DNA from: an uncultured Chromatiaceae bacterium
GTDB taxonomy: Bacteria; Pseudomonadota; Gammaproteobacteria; JAADHS01
Direction: 5' to 3'
DNA: 64,000 nucleotides
Assembly: GCA_964421045.1 (NCBI GenBank)
Contig: CAYQVF010000004.1
Span: forward strand, 16,846 to 80,845
A program made the position numbers and the translations under genes. Position 1 is the first letter of the stretch, and each line of letters begins with the position of its first letter. Shown here piece after piece: positions 10,504 to 21,158 of this stretch. Under the pieces are notes generated by a model. That model saw nothing but the letters and a program-made list of their open reading frames with translations. It was not told where the DNA came from and did not search any database.

Positions 10504-10949
10504 GCTTTTTTCTCAATAACGACTTTGATGCCTGCCACTGAACTCACTCGTTCAGGTTCCCTGGATTTCCCCGCTTTGTCCAGTCGTTGTAAATAATCTG
10601 CCCATAGAGACGATTGATCCAAGCCTAAGCTATATAGATAACTCCAGGTGTAAATGCCTGTGTCATGGCCATCATCAAAAACCAACTTCACGGCATATTG
10701 CCCTATAGGCTCAATGGCATCGATATTGACTTGGCGTTTACCTGTTTGTAACACTTCTTGGCCTGGCCCGTGTCCGCGTACGGCAGCAGAAGGAGAGTGT
10801 ACTCGCAAGTATTCACAGGGCAGTTGGAAATGGACGCCGTCTTCAAATGACAGATCCAGTCGCTTCGATTTTCGATGTAAACGAATATCTGTTGGTTTGA
10901 CCGTTTGACTCATTAAATTTTCCCTGCAAATTAAACTTAAAGAGAGCAA
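10500..10949 (-). CDS. DUF971 (gamma-butyrobetaine hydroxylase-like N-terminal domain) protein
   Basis: 149 aa; DUF971-type sequence; overlaps ubiE start by 4 nt (co-transcribed), a commonly seen arrangement upstream of ubiE. Confidence 0.55.
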   Translation of the reverse strand: MLSLSLICRENLMSQTVKPTDIRLHRKSKRLDLSFEDGVHFQLPCEYLRVHSPSAAVRGHGPGQEVLQTGKRQVNIDAIEPIGQYAVKLVFDDGHDTGIYTWSYLYSLGLDQSSLWADYLQRLDKAGKSREPERVSSVAGIKVVIEKKA

Positions 10950-10958
10950 TCCCTGTGT

Positions 10959-12305
10959 TTAAAGAATATAACGACTCAGGTCTTCATTTTGAGATAGCGA
11001 TTCCAGAGAACGATCAACATACTCAGCATCAATGGTCACGGTACTGCCTGCCCTGTCTGATGCGTCATATGAAATAGTTTCCAGCAAGCGCTCCATCACG
11101 GTATGTAATCGACGTGCGCCAATATTTTCTGTTCTTTCATTCACGTAACACGCAACTTCAGCAATGCGCTCAATGGCTTCATCAGTAAAAACCAGCGCTA
11201 ACTCTTCCGCATTCATTAAAGCAATATACTGCTTGGTTAACGAGGCATTGGGTTCGGTTAATATTTGCACAAACTCGGCTTTGCCCAAGGCATTCAGTTC
11301 CACTCTAATGGGTAAGCGACCCTGCAGCTCCGGTACTAAGTCAGAAGGTTTTGACATATGAAAAGCACCTGAAGCGATAAACAAGATGTGATCCGTTTTA
11401 ATCATCCCCAGCTTCGTTGATACGGTACAGCCTTCTACCAACGGCAAAAGATCACGTTGTACGCCTTCACGAGACACATCGGCTCCTGACGTCTCGGTAC
11501 GTTTTGCAATTTTGTCAATTTCATCAATAAAAACGATGCCATTTTGCTCTACATTATGAACTGCTCGCAACTTAACTTCTTCGTCATTAATCATTTTGGC
11601 GGCTTCTTCATCAATCAACAAACGCCAAGCCTCCTTAACACTCAATTTACGCATCTTGGTACGCTTTGTACCCGCATTTTCAAACATGCTCTGCAACTGG
11701 CTGGTCATCTCTTCCATGCCCGGTGGTGCCATAATTTCCACACCCACTGAGGATGCATTCAGTTCCAGTTCGATTTCTCTATCATCCAGGCTGCCTTCAC
11801 GTAACTTTTTACGAAAAACCTGGCGGGCGCTGGATTGTTCACTATCAGGTGCACCGGACTCGCTGGCATAACGGCTTTGAGTCCCTCTTGCGGGGCGCAA
11901 CAAGACATCTAAAATACGCTCTTCTGCGGCATCCTGAGCCCGATGTCTGACTTTGGCTATTTCCATCTCACGGGTCATTTTGAGTGACATGTCAGCCAAA
12001 TCACGAATAATGGATTCAACATCACGCCCGACATAACCCACTTCTGTAAATTTGGTCGCTTCAACTTTGATAAAAGGCGCATCAGCCAGCTTGGCCAAGC
12101 GTCGGGCAATTTCTGTTTTCCCCACACCTGTTGGGCCAATCATTAATATATTTTTGGGTGTGATTTCATTGCGCAGTTTTTCATCCACTTGAGAACGACG
12201 CCAGCGATTTCTCAACGCAATGGCTACGGCTCGTTTCGCCGCTTTTTGACCGACAATATTTTTGTCCAGTTCCTGCACGATCTCTCTTGGTGTCATTGAA
12301 GACAT
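10959..12305 (-). CDS. hslU: ATP-dependent protease ATPase subunit HslU
   Basis: 448 aa; Walker [16 protein letters not shown], HslU I-domain, C-terminal ...DLSRYIL. Confidence 0.95.
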   Translation of the reverse strand: MSSMTPREIVQELDKNIVGQKAAKRAVAIALRNRWRRSQVDEKLRNEITPKNILMIGPTGVGKTEIARRLAKLADAPFIKVEATKFTEVGYVGRDVESIIRDLADMSLKMTREMEIAKVRHRAQDAAEERILDVLLRPARGTQSRYASESGAPDSEQSSARQVFRKKLREGSLDDREIELELNASSVGVEIMAPPGMEEMTSQLQSMFENAGTKRTKMRKLSVKEAWRLLIDEEAAKMINDEEVKLRAVHNVEQNGIVFIDEIDKIAKRTETSGADVSREGVQRDLLPLVEGCTVSTKLGMIKTDHILFIASGAFHMSKPSDLVPELQGRLPIRVELNALGKAEFVQILTEPNASLTKQYIALMNAEELALVFTDEAIERIAEVACYVNERTENIGARRLHTVMERLLETISYDASDRAGSTVTIDAEYVDRSLESLSQNEDLSRYIL

Positions 12306-12307
12306 AG

Positions 12308-12865
12308 TTATTTTTTAACCTCTATAGCTAACTCTTCGATTGTTAAATTATGATTGGTATAAACGCAAATATCTGCAGCAATGGCTAAGCCCTTCTCAAC
12401 AATATTACGGGCATCCAGTGTGGTATTTTCCAGTAAAGCGCGAGCAGCAGCTTGTGCGAAAGGGCCACCAGAACCGATAGCGATGAGATCATGCTCCGGT
12501 TCGATCACATCGCCATTACCTGAGATCACTAAAGACGCTTCAGCATCGGCAACAATCAATAAAGCTTCTAAGCGACGTAGCATACGATCTGTGCGCCAAT
12601 CTTTGGCCAATTCGACGGCGGAGCGTGTTAAATTACCGGAATATTTTTCGAGTTTTCCTTCAAAACGCTCAAACAAGGTAAACGCATCAGCGGTTCCGCC
12701 TGCAAAACCCGCCAGGACACGCTCATTATATAAACGACGCACTTTTCTGGCATTACCTTTCATTACCGTATTACCCATGGAAACCTGCCCGTCGCCACCT
12801 ACGACGATTTTACCCTCTCGACGCACAGATAAAATAGTCGTTCCACGAAATTGTTCCAATGTCAT
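12308..12865 (-). CDS. hslV: ATP-dependent protease subunit HslV (with short N-terminal leader)
   Basis: High similarity to HslV ([38 protein letters not shown]...). Catalytic Thr-Thr is preceded by 6-8 extra residues; ATG at 12865, alternative TTG at 12883 (ORF-track start). Confidence 0.9.
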   Translation of the reverse strand: MTLEQFRGTTILSVRREGKIVVGGDGQVSMGNTVMKGNARKVRRLYNERVLAGFAGGTADAFTLFERFEGKLEKYSGNLTRSAVELAKDWRTDRMLRRLEALLIVADAEASLVISGNGDVIEPEHDLIAIGSGGPFAQAAARALLENTTLDARNIVEKGLAIAADICVYTNHNLTIEELAIEVKK

Positions 12866-13245
12866 CCCCTTTGAGTGCCCCAAACATTCAGCTTACATAA
12901 TTTTCTACGATATTCACAAATGATCTAAGAATCTATGTCGTATGGGAAAATAATGTAGAACATTCAATTGTACACCATCGTCAGCCGATTGAAATATAAT
13001 CCAAGAAGGCCAGGGTAAGACTTGTCCACAGAGGCAAGCTTAATTAAGCTGAACAATATGTTTTGTGAGCTGAGCTGTAATTGCGTGCCCATCTATTATT
13101 CTGCATATAAAAAGAGCATTATGTGCCGAGTCTCTTTTTTCAAAAAATATGAACGTATTTTGGGGATTCATCCCAGCTTGTGAATTAAATAATCGCTCAA
13201 TATCTAGGGAAGTTTTACGTGTACATTTTTTCTTTATTCTCGCAT

Positions 13246-13271
13246 AAAAAAAGGGGGCTCATTGAGCCCCC
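13246..13271 (-). terminator. Rho-independent terminator downstream of S8 protease gene
   Basis: GGGGGCTC-attg-AGCCCCC hairpin preceded on + strand by A7 (U-run on the - strand transcript). Confidence 0.6.
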
Positions 13272-13304
13272 TCCGCAAATTAAAACATCACAGTAAGCAG
13301 TCAG

Positions 13305-15149
13305 TTAATGACCTTTGCGACCGCCTCCTTTTTTATTTCGGTGGCCTTTGTTGTTATTCGCGAGTGCGGTGACGGTAATGGCACCGGAGCTGGCGAAGTT
13401 GCCGCGGCTGTCAATGACCATAACACTGGTGGTACCTGAAGCCTGAGCAGTAAGTACACCGGTACTAAAATTGATGGTCACCACCCCGGGATTGTTACTG
13501 AACCAGAAATAAGGGGCATTGCTATTGCCACCGCTAGCGGTGAGGTTCGCCGTCTCGCCCACGCGCAGATTCACCGTATTGGGTGTGATGCGGAAGACGG
13601 GGGTGGTATCGCTCACGGTGATGGTGGCATCGTTGCTGCGTACGCCGTTGGCATCAATAGCAGTGACACGGGTCACGCCGCTGGCCACAGCGGTAAAATT
13701 CCCATTGGCACTGATACTACCAATGGCTGTATCTGCGACCGACCAAGCATAGGGTTCGCTGCCACCGCTGGCATTAAATTGTACACTGTTGCCTACGGTA
13801 ACATTCGTAGTTTCTGGTGTGACTCTGACTACTGGCGTCGGGGGAGTGCTATCATCGCTACCGCCCAATGCTTTGAAAGCGTTTAACCGGCCACCCGTGA
13901 CGGTGCGTCCCGTTAGGTCAGCGACCGCATCGGTATTTTCCAGAAGCGCTGCGCGTAAAGCATTAATGCCTATGCTTGGGTTATTGGCGACGACCAATGC
14001 AGCAACACCAGCTACATGCGGAGCCGCCATGGAAGTGCCGCTGAGGCTGGCGTAGCTGTTGTTACGTATGGTGCTGAGAATGCTCACCCCAGGTGCGCCT
14101 AGATCGACGCTGTTAACACCAAAGTTAGAGAAACCGGCAAGGGTATCGGCATCATCCGTCGCGGCCACGGAAATCACATTAGGCAAGTCGTAATCCGCCG
14201 GATAGTTGGGCGTGATATCGTTATTGCTGCTCCCGTTCCCTGCGGCAGCGACGAACAGCACGCCAGCATCATTAGCCGCGCGGAGGGCATTGAACATCGC
14301 CGTACTAAAAGGTCCGCCACCCCAGCTGGCGTTGATAATTCGGGCACCGTTGGCTACAGCGTAGTCAATAGCGGCAATGGCGTTGGCCGTGCTACCGGCG
14401 CCGCTACCATCCAAAAACTTCAGCGGCATAATACGTGCTGACCAGTTGATCCCGGCAACACCAGAACCGTTGTTGCCGTTAGCGGCAATGGTACCCGCCA
14501 AGTGAGTGCCGTGGTTGTTGTCGTCCATGGGGTTGTTGTCGTTGTTGCTGAAATCCCAGCCGCGCACATCATCTACGAAACCATTACCATCATCGTCACG
14601 TCCGTTGTTGGCAATCTCCGCGCTGTTGTTCCAGATGTTACTGGACAACTCGCTGTTATTGTAATCCACACCGGTGTCTACCACGGCAACAATCACGTTA
14701 TCGCCCGTTTGTAGATCCCAGGCTTCCGGTGCATCAATATCGGCATCCGCTACCCCCCCGGTCTGACCAGTGTTATGCAACGCCCACAGTGAGTCGAAAC
14801 GAGGATCATCAGGAATTGCGTAAGCGTGAAGGATGTAATTCGGCTCGGCAAATTCCACGTCGTGATTGTTACGCAATCTGCGCAATGTCGCGGACAGGGA
14901 ATGACCATGGCCAATTTTCGCGTGGGTTAAGCCTCGCACCAAGTGACTGCTAAAAGCCCGGTGTTGATGACTGCCTGTCGCACTGAAAGCTCGGTTTATG
15001 CGCGTCTGGCTAACGCCAGATTTAAATTTAACGAGGACGCCGTCGTAAGCGCCTGCTGGTATCGAAGCTTGATCCATTACCGCCAGAGCGGGGGTCGCAA
15101 AAAAAATAAATGTAAAAAATGTGGTTATATAAAGCAGCTTGTTTCTCAT
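13305..15149 (-). CDS. Secreted subtilisin-like serine protease (peptidase S8) with C-terminal Ig-like (Big) domains
   Basis: 614 aa; signal peptide; catalytic D/H/S motifs (VAVVDTGVD, HGTHLAGTIA, GTSMAAPHVAGVAAL); two C-terminal Ig-like repeats; basic Gly/Lys/Arg tail (KGHRNKKGGGRKGH). Confidence 0.85.
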   Translation of the reverse strand: MRNKLLYITTFFTFIFFATPALAVMDQASIPAGAYDGVLVKFKSGVSQTRINRAFSATGSHQHRAFSSHLVRGLTHAKIGHGHSLSATLRRLRNNHDVEFAEPNYILHAYAIPDDPRFDSLWALHNTGQTGGVADADIDAPEAWDLQTGDNVIVAVVDTGVDYNNSELSSNIWNNSAEIANNGRDDDGNGFVDDVRGWDFSNNDNNPMDDNNHGTHLAGTIAANGNNGSGVAGINWSARIMPLKFLDGSGAGSTANAIAAIDYAVANGARIINASWGGGPFSTAMFNALRAANDAGVLFVAAAGNGSSNNDITPNYPADYDLPNVISVAATDDADTLAGFSNFGVNSVDLGAPGVSILSTIRNNSYASLSGTSMAAPHVAGVAALVVANNPSIGINALRAALLENTDAVADLTGRTVTGGRLNAFKALGGSDDSTPPTPVVRVTPETTNVTVGNSVQFNASGGSEPYAWSVADTAIGSISANGNFTAVASGVTRVTAIDANGVRSNDATITVSDTTPVFRITPNTVNLRVGETANLTASGGNSNAPYFWFSNNPGVVTINFSTGVLTAQASGTTSVMVIDSRGNFASSGAITVTALANNNKGHRNKKGGGRKGH

Positions 15150-15425
15150 GGGCTATCCTTGATTTTTTAGGCTGTGAGTTTCATTTTTTGTTTTTTCGCC
15201 TCTTACGGGCTGACATTCTGTTTTTCCGCCGCCTTTCAAAGACGGCACTAGGATAGTATCCGAGTCACCAAAAAAATTCCAGCTTTCTGTCCTGCCTCGT
15301 ATTCACCACTGATCTGTTTTTAATGCCTTGGATCCTACAAACAAAACCTCAAGTAATTAATGATGGTAGACTTACTTTTGAGATAAAAAGTGACGAATCA
15401 AAGCGATACTCGATGAGGCTCGGCA

Positions 15426-16331
15426 ATGAAAATAAACGATTCACTCACAGCGCTGCGCAAAGCACTGCGTAGCGACCCTTATATACAAGAAGAAAAATCT
15501 TCCCTTCACGGCTTAGGCATCTATCATTGTCACCAACTTCAAAAATTACGCGCCGTACCCATGCTTCAACCGATGATCATGCTAGTCATCACGGGGCATA
15601 AAGAAGTTACCATTGAGGATCGCACCTATGTTGTTCATTCCGGAGAACTCTTTATTGCCCCTTCCGATACCACCTTGTTGATCAAAAACAACCCCGATCC
15701 TTATTTAAATGATTATCAGGCTCTAGGACTCCCTTTCAGCCTTGAAACCCAAGATCATTTTCGCCAGATCTATGGTGCTAATCTTGACCATTGGGACATC
15801 CAACCAAAGTGGCATGAAAAGGCGCCAGAGACGATTCTTTTTGCATTATGCCAATGGTTTTATTTTTGTCGCAACTATGCCGTAGGTATACCACTGGTTC
15901 AACATCGCCAGGTCGAAATTTTATTATTGCTCGCACAGGCCGGGTTAGCGGGGAATCTGTTGTTTAATACGCTACCCAGTTGGAAACAGCGCGTATCCAG
16001 TCTCATTGCTATGTCTCCAGCAAAGACTTGGCAAGTCATTGATGTTTGCTCTCGCTTAGGTGTCAGTGAATCCGGTTTACGACGACATTTGCTGGAAGAA
16101 GGAAGCAATTTTAGAGAAATTTTAGAAGAAGTACGGCTTGCACTTGGACTATCGTTAATCATGGAAACATTCAAACCCATTGGTGATGTGGCTGATGCTG
16201 TCGGCTATCGGTCTCAATCTCGTTTTGGGGAACGCTTCAAGCGTCGTTTTGGCTTGACCCCATCTGAATTAAGACGAACCCGAATCCCTAATAACGGAGA
16301 AATTTTGAACGTTTACGGCGAATCGAGCTGA
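15426..16331 (+). CDS. AraC-family transcriptional regulator (cupin-like sensor + HTH)
   Basis: 301 aa; C-terminal AraC-type double HTH (VADAVGYRSQSRFGERFKRRFGLTPSELRR); divergent from protease gene. Confidence 0.75.
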   Translation: MKINDSLTALRKALRSDPYIQEEKSSLHGLGIYHCHQLQKLRAVPMLQPMIMLVITGHKEVTIEDRTYVVHSGELFIAPSDTTLLIKNNPDPYLNDYQALGLPFSLETQDHFRQIYGANLDHWDIQPKWHEKAPETILFALCQWFYFCRNYAVGIPLVQHRQVEILLLLAQAGLAGNLLFNTLPSWKQRVSSLIAMSPAKTWQVIDVCSRLGVSESGLRRHLLEEGSNFREILEEVRLALGLSLIMETFKPIGDVADAVGYRSQSRFGERFKRRFGLTPSELRRTRIPNNGEILNVYGESS

Positions 16332-16422
16332 TTGTTTCCTGCTATTCTTCCTGACATCTAAAACAATTTGGCTTTCTCCTCTCAAAAGCAGGAAAGCCTA
16401 AAAAATGATAAGGGGTCAACAA

Positions 16423-17217
16423 ATGAAAAAAATAGTGGTGAGCATGATTGGGCTGACCTTTTTCAGCCTGCAAGCCTATGCCGCAGTACAAACAAAAGAA
16501 ATCAAATATACTGTTGGTGAAACTGAATTTACCGGGTTTTTGGCCTTTGATGACGCGATCTCTGGTAAACGCCCTGGTATTTTGGTAGCGCATGAATGGT
16601 GGGGGCATGATGATAATTCCCGCAAGCGTGCAACCCGGCTAGCAAAGCTAGGTTACACGGCTTTCGCGCTGGATATGTATGGCACAGGTCAGTTAGCCCA
16701 ACATCCTGACGATGCCAAAAAATTTATGCAGGCTGCAGTGGGACAGTTACCTCAAGCTGAAATACGCTTTAAAACCGCCTATGAAATTTTGAAAAAAGAA
16801 AAAACAGTCAATCCCGACAAAATTGCGGCAATTGGTTATTGCCTGGGTGGTGGACTTGTGATGCATATGGCCCGAACCGGGGTTATTCCTTTGAGTGGTG
16901 TCGTCAGTTTTCACGGAAGTTTTGCATTTGCAACACAAACCACATCAAAGCCAGGACAAACAAAAACTAAAGTGCTTGCCTTTACGGGGGCTGACGACCC
17001 CTTTGTTCCAATAGAGTCCGTACAAGCTTTTGTTAAATCCATGACTGAGGCAGGCGTGGATTACGAGCTCAAAAGTTATCCCGGTGTTCAGCACAGTTTT
17101 ACCGTTGAAGACGCGACGGAAAAAGGAAAAAAGTTTTCGTTGCCCTTGGTTTATGACGCCGCAGCGGATAAAGATTCCTGGCAACGCATGCAAGTTTTTT
17201 TCAAAGAAATTTTTTAA
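16423..17217 (+). CDS. Secreted dienelactone hydrolase-family protein
   Basis: Signal peptide (MKKIVVSMIGLTFFSLQAYAA), DLH-family nucleophile context (GYCLGGGLV), SD AAGGGG 8 nt upstream of ATG 16423 (ORF track starts 16405). Confidence 0.7.
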   Translation: MKKIVVSMIGLTFFSLQAYAAVQTKEIKYTVGETEFTGFLAFDDAISGKRPGILVAHEWWGHDDNSRKRATRLAKLGYTAFALDMYGTGQLAQHPDDAKKFMQAAVGQLPQAEIRFKTAYEILKKEKTVNPDKIAAIGYCLGGGLVMHMARTGVIPLSGVVSFHGSFAFATQTTSKPGQTKTKVLAFTGADDPFVPIESVQAFVKSMTEAGVDYELKSYPGVQHSFTVEDATEKGKKFSLPLVYDAAADKDSWQRMQVFFKEIF

Positions 17218-17282
17218 ACAGACAAACCCATAGGGCGTGATTAATTTCCATTCCTTACCCTCTAAAATATGCAAAAAAATAC

Positions 17283-17311
17283 GGCTCACCGACAAGGTGA
17301 GCACGATTTTT
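17283..17311 (+). terminator. Putative intrinsic terminator after DLH-family gene
   Basis: GGCTCACC-gacaa-GGTGAGC hairpin followed by T5 tract. Confidence 0.5.
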
Positions 17312-17444
17312 CCTGATACATTATTCTAATTAATCTCCTGTACCCTGCATCCAACTGCGTTTCCTAGGAGAATAAGTTAAAATAACCATTTTGCCCAATT
17401 TTATTGCTTTATGTAGCAAGATATCCTTGTAGGTTTTGAATTTT

Positions 17445-19346
17445 ATGCAGTATTCTGAAAATTTTGATGTCATTGTGATTGGCGGGGGGCATGCCGGTAC
17501 AGAAGCGGCGTTAGCGGCAGCGCGTAGAGGCAGTAAAACTCTATTATTGACTCACAATATTGATACCCTGGGGCAGATGAGTTGTAACCCCGCCATTGGT
17601 GGTATTGGCAAAGGTCATTTAGTTAAAGAGATTGATGCCCTGGGAGGCGCTATGGCGCAGGCTGCGGATCAGGCAGGCATTCATTTTCGTATCTTAAATG
17701 CCAGCAAAGGCCCAGCCGTAAGGGCAACCAGAGCACAGTGTGATCGTGTACTGTATCGCAATGCGATTCGTTCTCTCATTGAAAACCAAGAAAATTTGAC
17801 GATTTTTCAGCAGACGGTAGAAGATTTGATCATAGCGCAGGAACAAATCCAGGGCGTAGTGACTCAGATGGGCTTGAAATTTTCATCTCAAGCCGTAGTT
17901 TTGACGGTAGGGACTTTTTTAGACGGGACGATTCATATTGGCGATACCCGCTCAAAAGGAGGTCGAGCCGGTGACCCCCCTGCTCTTGCTTTGGCGCAAC
18001 GCTTAAGAGCACTACCTTTCCGCGTCGATAGACTGAAAACAGGGACGCCCCCCAGGGTTGATGGTCGAACGATAGACTATAAAGCATTGCTTGAGCAGCC
18101 CGGTGACCATCCCGTGCCGGTCTTCTCTTTTTCTGGTCATCGTGATGATCATCCTCAACAGATTTCCTGCTTTATCAGTCAAACGACAACCGCAACACAT
18201 GACATCATTCGTCGTAGTTTACACCGTTCTCCGATGTATACTGGGGTGATCGAAGGTGTGGGCCCCCGTTATTGTCCGTCGATAGAAGATAAAGTGGTGC
18301 GTTTTGCTGACAAAAACTCACACCAGGTTTTTGTCGAACCGGAAGGTCTGCATACGCACGAAGTGTATCCCAATGGCATATCAACCAGCTTGCCCTTTGA
18401 TATTCAATACGACATGGTGCGTACCCTTAAAGGGTTTGCCAAAGCACATATTACGCGCCCCGGTTATGCTATTGAATACGACTTTTTCGACCCTCGTGAT
18501 TTACGCCATACATTAGAGACAAAATTTATTAAAGGTTTATTTTTCGCCGGTCAGATCAATGGTACGACTGGTTATGAAGAAGCCGGTGCTCAAGGTTTGT
18601 TGGCCGGTATTAATGCAAGTTTGAGCGCGCAGCAAAAAACAATGTGGTTTCCCCGTCGGGACGAGGCCTATCTCGGTGTCCTGATTGATGATCTGGTGAC
18701 GTGTGGCACGCAAGAGCCTTATCGTATGTTTACAAGTCGCGCCGAATATCGCTTGATTTTACGTGAAGACAATGCGGATCTTCGTTTGACCGAGCAAGCC
18801 TATAAACTGGGTCTGATATCAAATCAGCGTTGGCATCAATTTACAAATAAGTTGAATGCGATCACGACGGAACAACAGCGTTTGCAAAACACCTGGGTCA
18901 GGCCAAACGATGAGCATATTGCCGCAGTTGAAACCCTCACTCAAGCGCCATTAAAAAAAGAATATAACGTTCTGGATTTGTTGCGTCGGCCAACCGTATC
19001 ATATCAACAATTAATGACGATTCCCGCCTTGGGGCCGGGAGTGCATGATGAGAAAGTAGCGGAACAGATCGATATTCAGGTTAAATATGAGGGTTATATT
19101 CATCGTCAACAAGATGAAATAGAGCGCTTGCGTCGTAATGAAGAGAGTGTTTTACCGGAAAACCTGGATTACAATCTGGTTTCGGGCTTGTCTACTGAAG
19201 TGATGCAAAAAATGACAGAAATCCAACCCTTAACGGTAGGACAAGCTGCACGCATACCCGGTGTCACACCCGCAGCCATTTCTCTACTCCTGGTTTATTT
19301 AAAAAAGAAAAAATTGCAAAACTCGTTCAAAAACGCAAAAAATTAA
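17445..19346 (+). CDS. mnmG: tRNA uridine 5-carboxymethylaminomethyl modification enzyme MnmG (GidA)
   Basis: FAD-binding N-terminus [23 protein letters not shown] and full-length MnmG similarity; followed by rsmG. ORF track starts 9 nt earlier (17436). Confidence 0.95.
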   Translation: MQYSENFDVIVIGGGHAGTEAALAAARRGSKTLLLTHNIDTLGQMSCNPAIGGIGKGHLVKEIDALGGAMAQAADQAGIHFRILNASKGPAVRATRAQCDRVLYRNAIRSLIENQENLTIFQQTVEDLIIAQEQIQGVVTQMGLKFSSQAVVLTVGTFLDGTIHIGDTRSKGGRAGDPPALALAQRLRALPFRVDRLKTGTPPRVDGRTIDYKALLEQPGDHPVPVFSFSGHRDDHPQQISCFISQTTTATHDIIRRSLHRSPMYTGVIEGVGPRYCPSIEDKVVRFADKNSHQVFVEPEGLHTHEVYPNGISTSLPFDIQYDMVRTLKGFAKAHITRPGYAIEYDFFDPRDLRHTLETKFIKGLFFAGQINGTTGYEEAGAQGLLAGINASLSAQQKTMWFPRRDEAYLGVLIDDLVTCGTQEPYRMFTSRAEYRLILREDNADLRLTEQAYKLGLISNQRWHQFTNKLNAITTEQQRLQNTWVRPNDEHIAAVETLTQAPLKKEYNVLDLLRRPTVSYQQLMTIPALGPGVHDEKVAEQIDIQVKYEGYIHRQQDEIERLRRNEESVLPENLDYNLVSGLSTEVMQKMTEIQPLTVGQAARIPGVTPAAISLLLVYLKKKKLQNSFKNAKN

Positions 19347-19404
19347 AACGAAATACTCACCATCCTTTACCGGTTATCATCTGAATTCCTGTATCCTTCA
19401 TTTC

Positions 19405-20055
19405 ATGATGAGCACCGATGAACTCGACCGACCCTTGCTAATTCAAATTCGGCAGGCTGTGTCTCAACTTGAATTAACCTTATCGGATTTGCAGTTTTCG
19501 CGCTTAACGAAACATTTAGAATTGATTGCAAAATGGAATCGAGTGTATAACTTGACCGCGATCCGTGATATCGATGTGATGGTGAGCCATCATCTAATGG
19601 ATAGTTTGCTGATGACGCCCTATATTCAGGGCGAAAAAATACTTGATGTCGGTACGGGTGCAGGCTTGCCTGGCATCCCATTGGCTATTGTCTATCCTGA
19701 AAAACAGTTTTTCCTTATTGATAGTAAGAAGAAAAAAACTCGTTTTCTGGCTCAAGTCGTGATTGAGTTGGGTTTGGACAATGTGGAAATCAGCAGTCAT
19801 CGTATAGAGTCTTTTGCCCCAGGCGTGCGGTTTGATACTATAATATCAAGAGCTTTTTCGACGATGGCCAGATTACTGCAAGTTACGGCTCGTTTATGTG
19901 CGCAACAGGGTCAAATTGTTTTTATGAAAGGAGGGTATCCCGTTGAAGAGTTGACGGCCGTACCTGCGACGTTTCGTTTAGACCAGGTCGTACGACTGAA
20001 CGTACCGGGTGTCGATGCGAAACGGCATGTCGCTGTAATTAAACCGGCTCAATAA
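19405..20055 (+). CDS. rsmG: 16S rRNA (guanine527-N7)-methyltransferase RsmG (GidB)
   Basis: 216 aa; SAM motif DVGTGAGLPGIPLAI; conserved mnmG-rsmG-parA-parB order. Confidence 0.9.
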   Translation: MMSTDELDRPLLIQIRQAVSQLELTLSDLQFSRLTKHLELIAKWNRVYNLTAIRDIDVMVSHHLMDSLLMTPYIQGEKILDVGTGAGLPGIPLAIVYPEKQFFLIDSKKKKTRFLAQVVIELGLDNVEISSHRIESFAPGVRFDTIISRAFSTMARLLQVTARLCAQQGQIVFMKGGYPVEELTAVPATFRLDQVVRLNVPGVDAKRHVAVIKPAQ

Positions 20056-20068
20056 ACGTTAATAAATC

Positions 20069-20977
20069 ATGTCTAGAATTATTGCAATAACCAATCAAAA
20101 AGGCGGTGTCGGCAAGACCACAACGGCGATTAATCTGGCAGCCTCTTTGGCATCGCTAGAACGTAAAGTATTATTAATTGACCTGGATCCGCAAGGCAAC
20201 GCAACAATGGGCAGTGGCCTGGACAAAGCAGAGCTTCTGTATTCAACTTGCGATGTCATGCTGGATCAAGTTGCTTTGGCCGATACCATTATTAGCGGAC
20301 TGCCTTGTGCTTATGCCTTAGCACCCACTAATGCCGACCTGACTGCGGCTGAAGTAGAGTTAACGACTTTGACCGACAGGGAATGTCGCCTGCGCAATGC
20401 GATTCAAAGTATTCGTGATCAATATGATTACATTTTAATCGACACCCCGCCTTCCCTTAATATGCTCACCCTCAATGCATTGGTTGCAGCAGAAGCGGTT
20501 ATTGTGCCAATGCAGTGTGAATATTTTGCGCTTGAAGGTTTGAGTGCGTTGATGACAACGATTGAAGGGGTACGCAGTACTTTGAATCCGTCATTAAAAA
20601 TAGATGGTTTGTTAAGAACTATGTTTGACGGGCGTAATAATTTAGCAAATGATGTCTCTGCACAATTAGATGAACATTTTGGTCGTCTCGTCTATCGCGC
20701 TTATATTCCGCGTAATGTCCGTTTGGCTGAAGCGCCAAGTTATGGTCTGCCGGTGATGCATTACGATAAAGGCTCACGGGGTGCCAGAGCCTATTTAGCA
20801 TTGGCGCAGGAAGTATTGGCTCAAGAATTTCATAGGCCAGAACGGACACCACCCACAGCTCTGGAGCAAGATTTGCCCGCTGAGCCTTCGTTAGAAGAAA
20901 CCATAGAGCCTGACACCAGCCCGAAAATTGCGGATGATGGCGTGTTAGTTTTTCAATTAAAGCAAAATGAAAAATAA
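20069..20977 (+). CDS. parA: Chromosome partitioning ATPase ParA/Soj (with ~40-aa C-terminal extension)
   Basis: Deviant Walker A KGGVGKTTTAINLAASLA; ParA fold to ~aa 260, then acidic/Pro-rich tail. Confidence 0.9.
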   Translation: MSRIIAITNQKGGVGKTTTAINLAASLASLERKVLLIDLDPQGNATMGSGLDKAELLYSTCDVMLDQVALADTIISGLPCAYALAPTNADLTAAEVELTTLTDRECRLRNAIQSIRDQYDYILIDTPPSLNMLTLNALVAAEAVIVPMQCEYFALEGLSALMTTIEGVRSTLNPSLKIDGLLRTMFDGRNNLANDVSAQLDEHFGRLVYRAYIPRNVRLAEAPSYGLPVMHYDKGSRGARAYLALAQEVLAQEFHRPERTPPTALEQDLPAEPSLEETIEPDTSPKIADDGVLVFQLKQNEK

Positions 20978-21158
20978 AGAGTGGCTACTCCGCGAGTAGT
21001 CAAACACACCGTAACGGCTCAAATTATCTCTAAAACTCGTCAGTCCTAGAAAAAAATGTGGGTTTTTAAGCGTAAATAATCATTTTTGATGCTGTAATGG
21101 CAGATTTCAGAGGTAAACTGAGCCTTTACAATAAATATTGGGTAAATCATTTTACATT

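Noticed and set aside
17218-17444. Possible oriC immediately upstream of mnmG/gidA (classic gammaproteobacterial location)
   Set aside because: Only 227 bp, no TTATCCACA-type DnaA boxes, no GATC clustering or AT-rich 13-mers; contains an ordinary hairpin terminator for the upstream gene. Origin is probably elsewhere (e.g., dnaA region).
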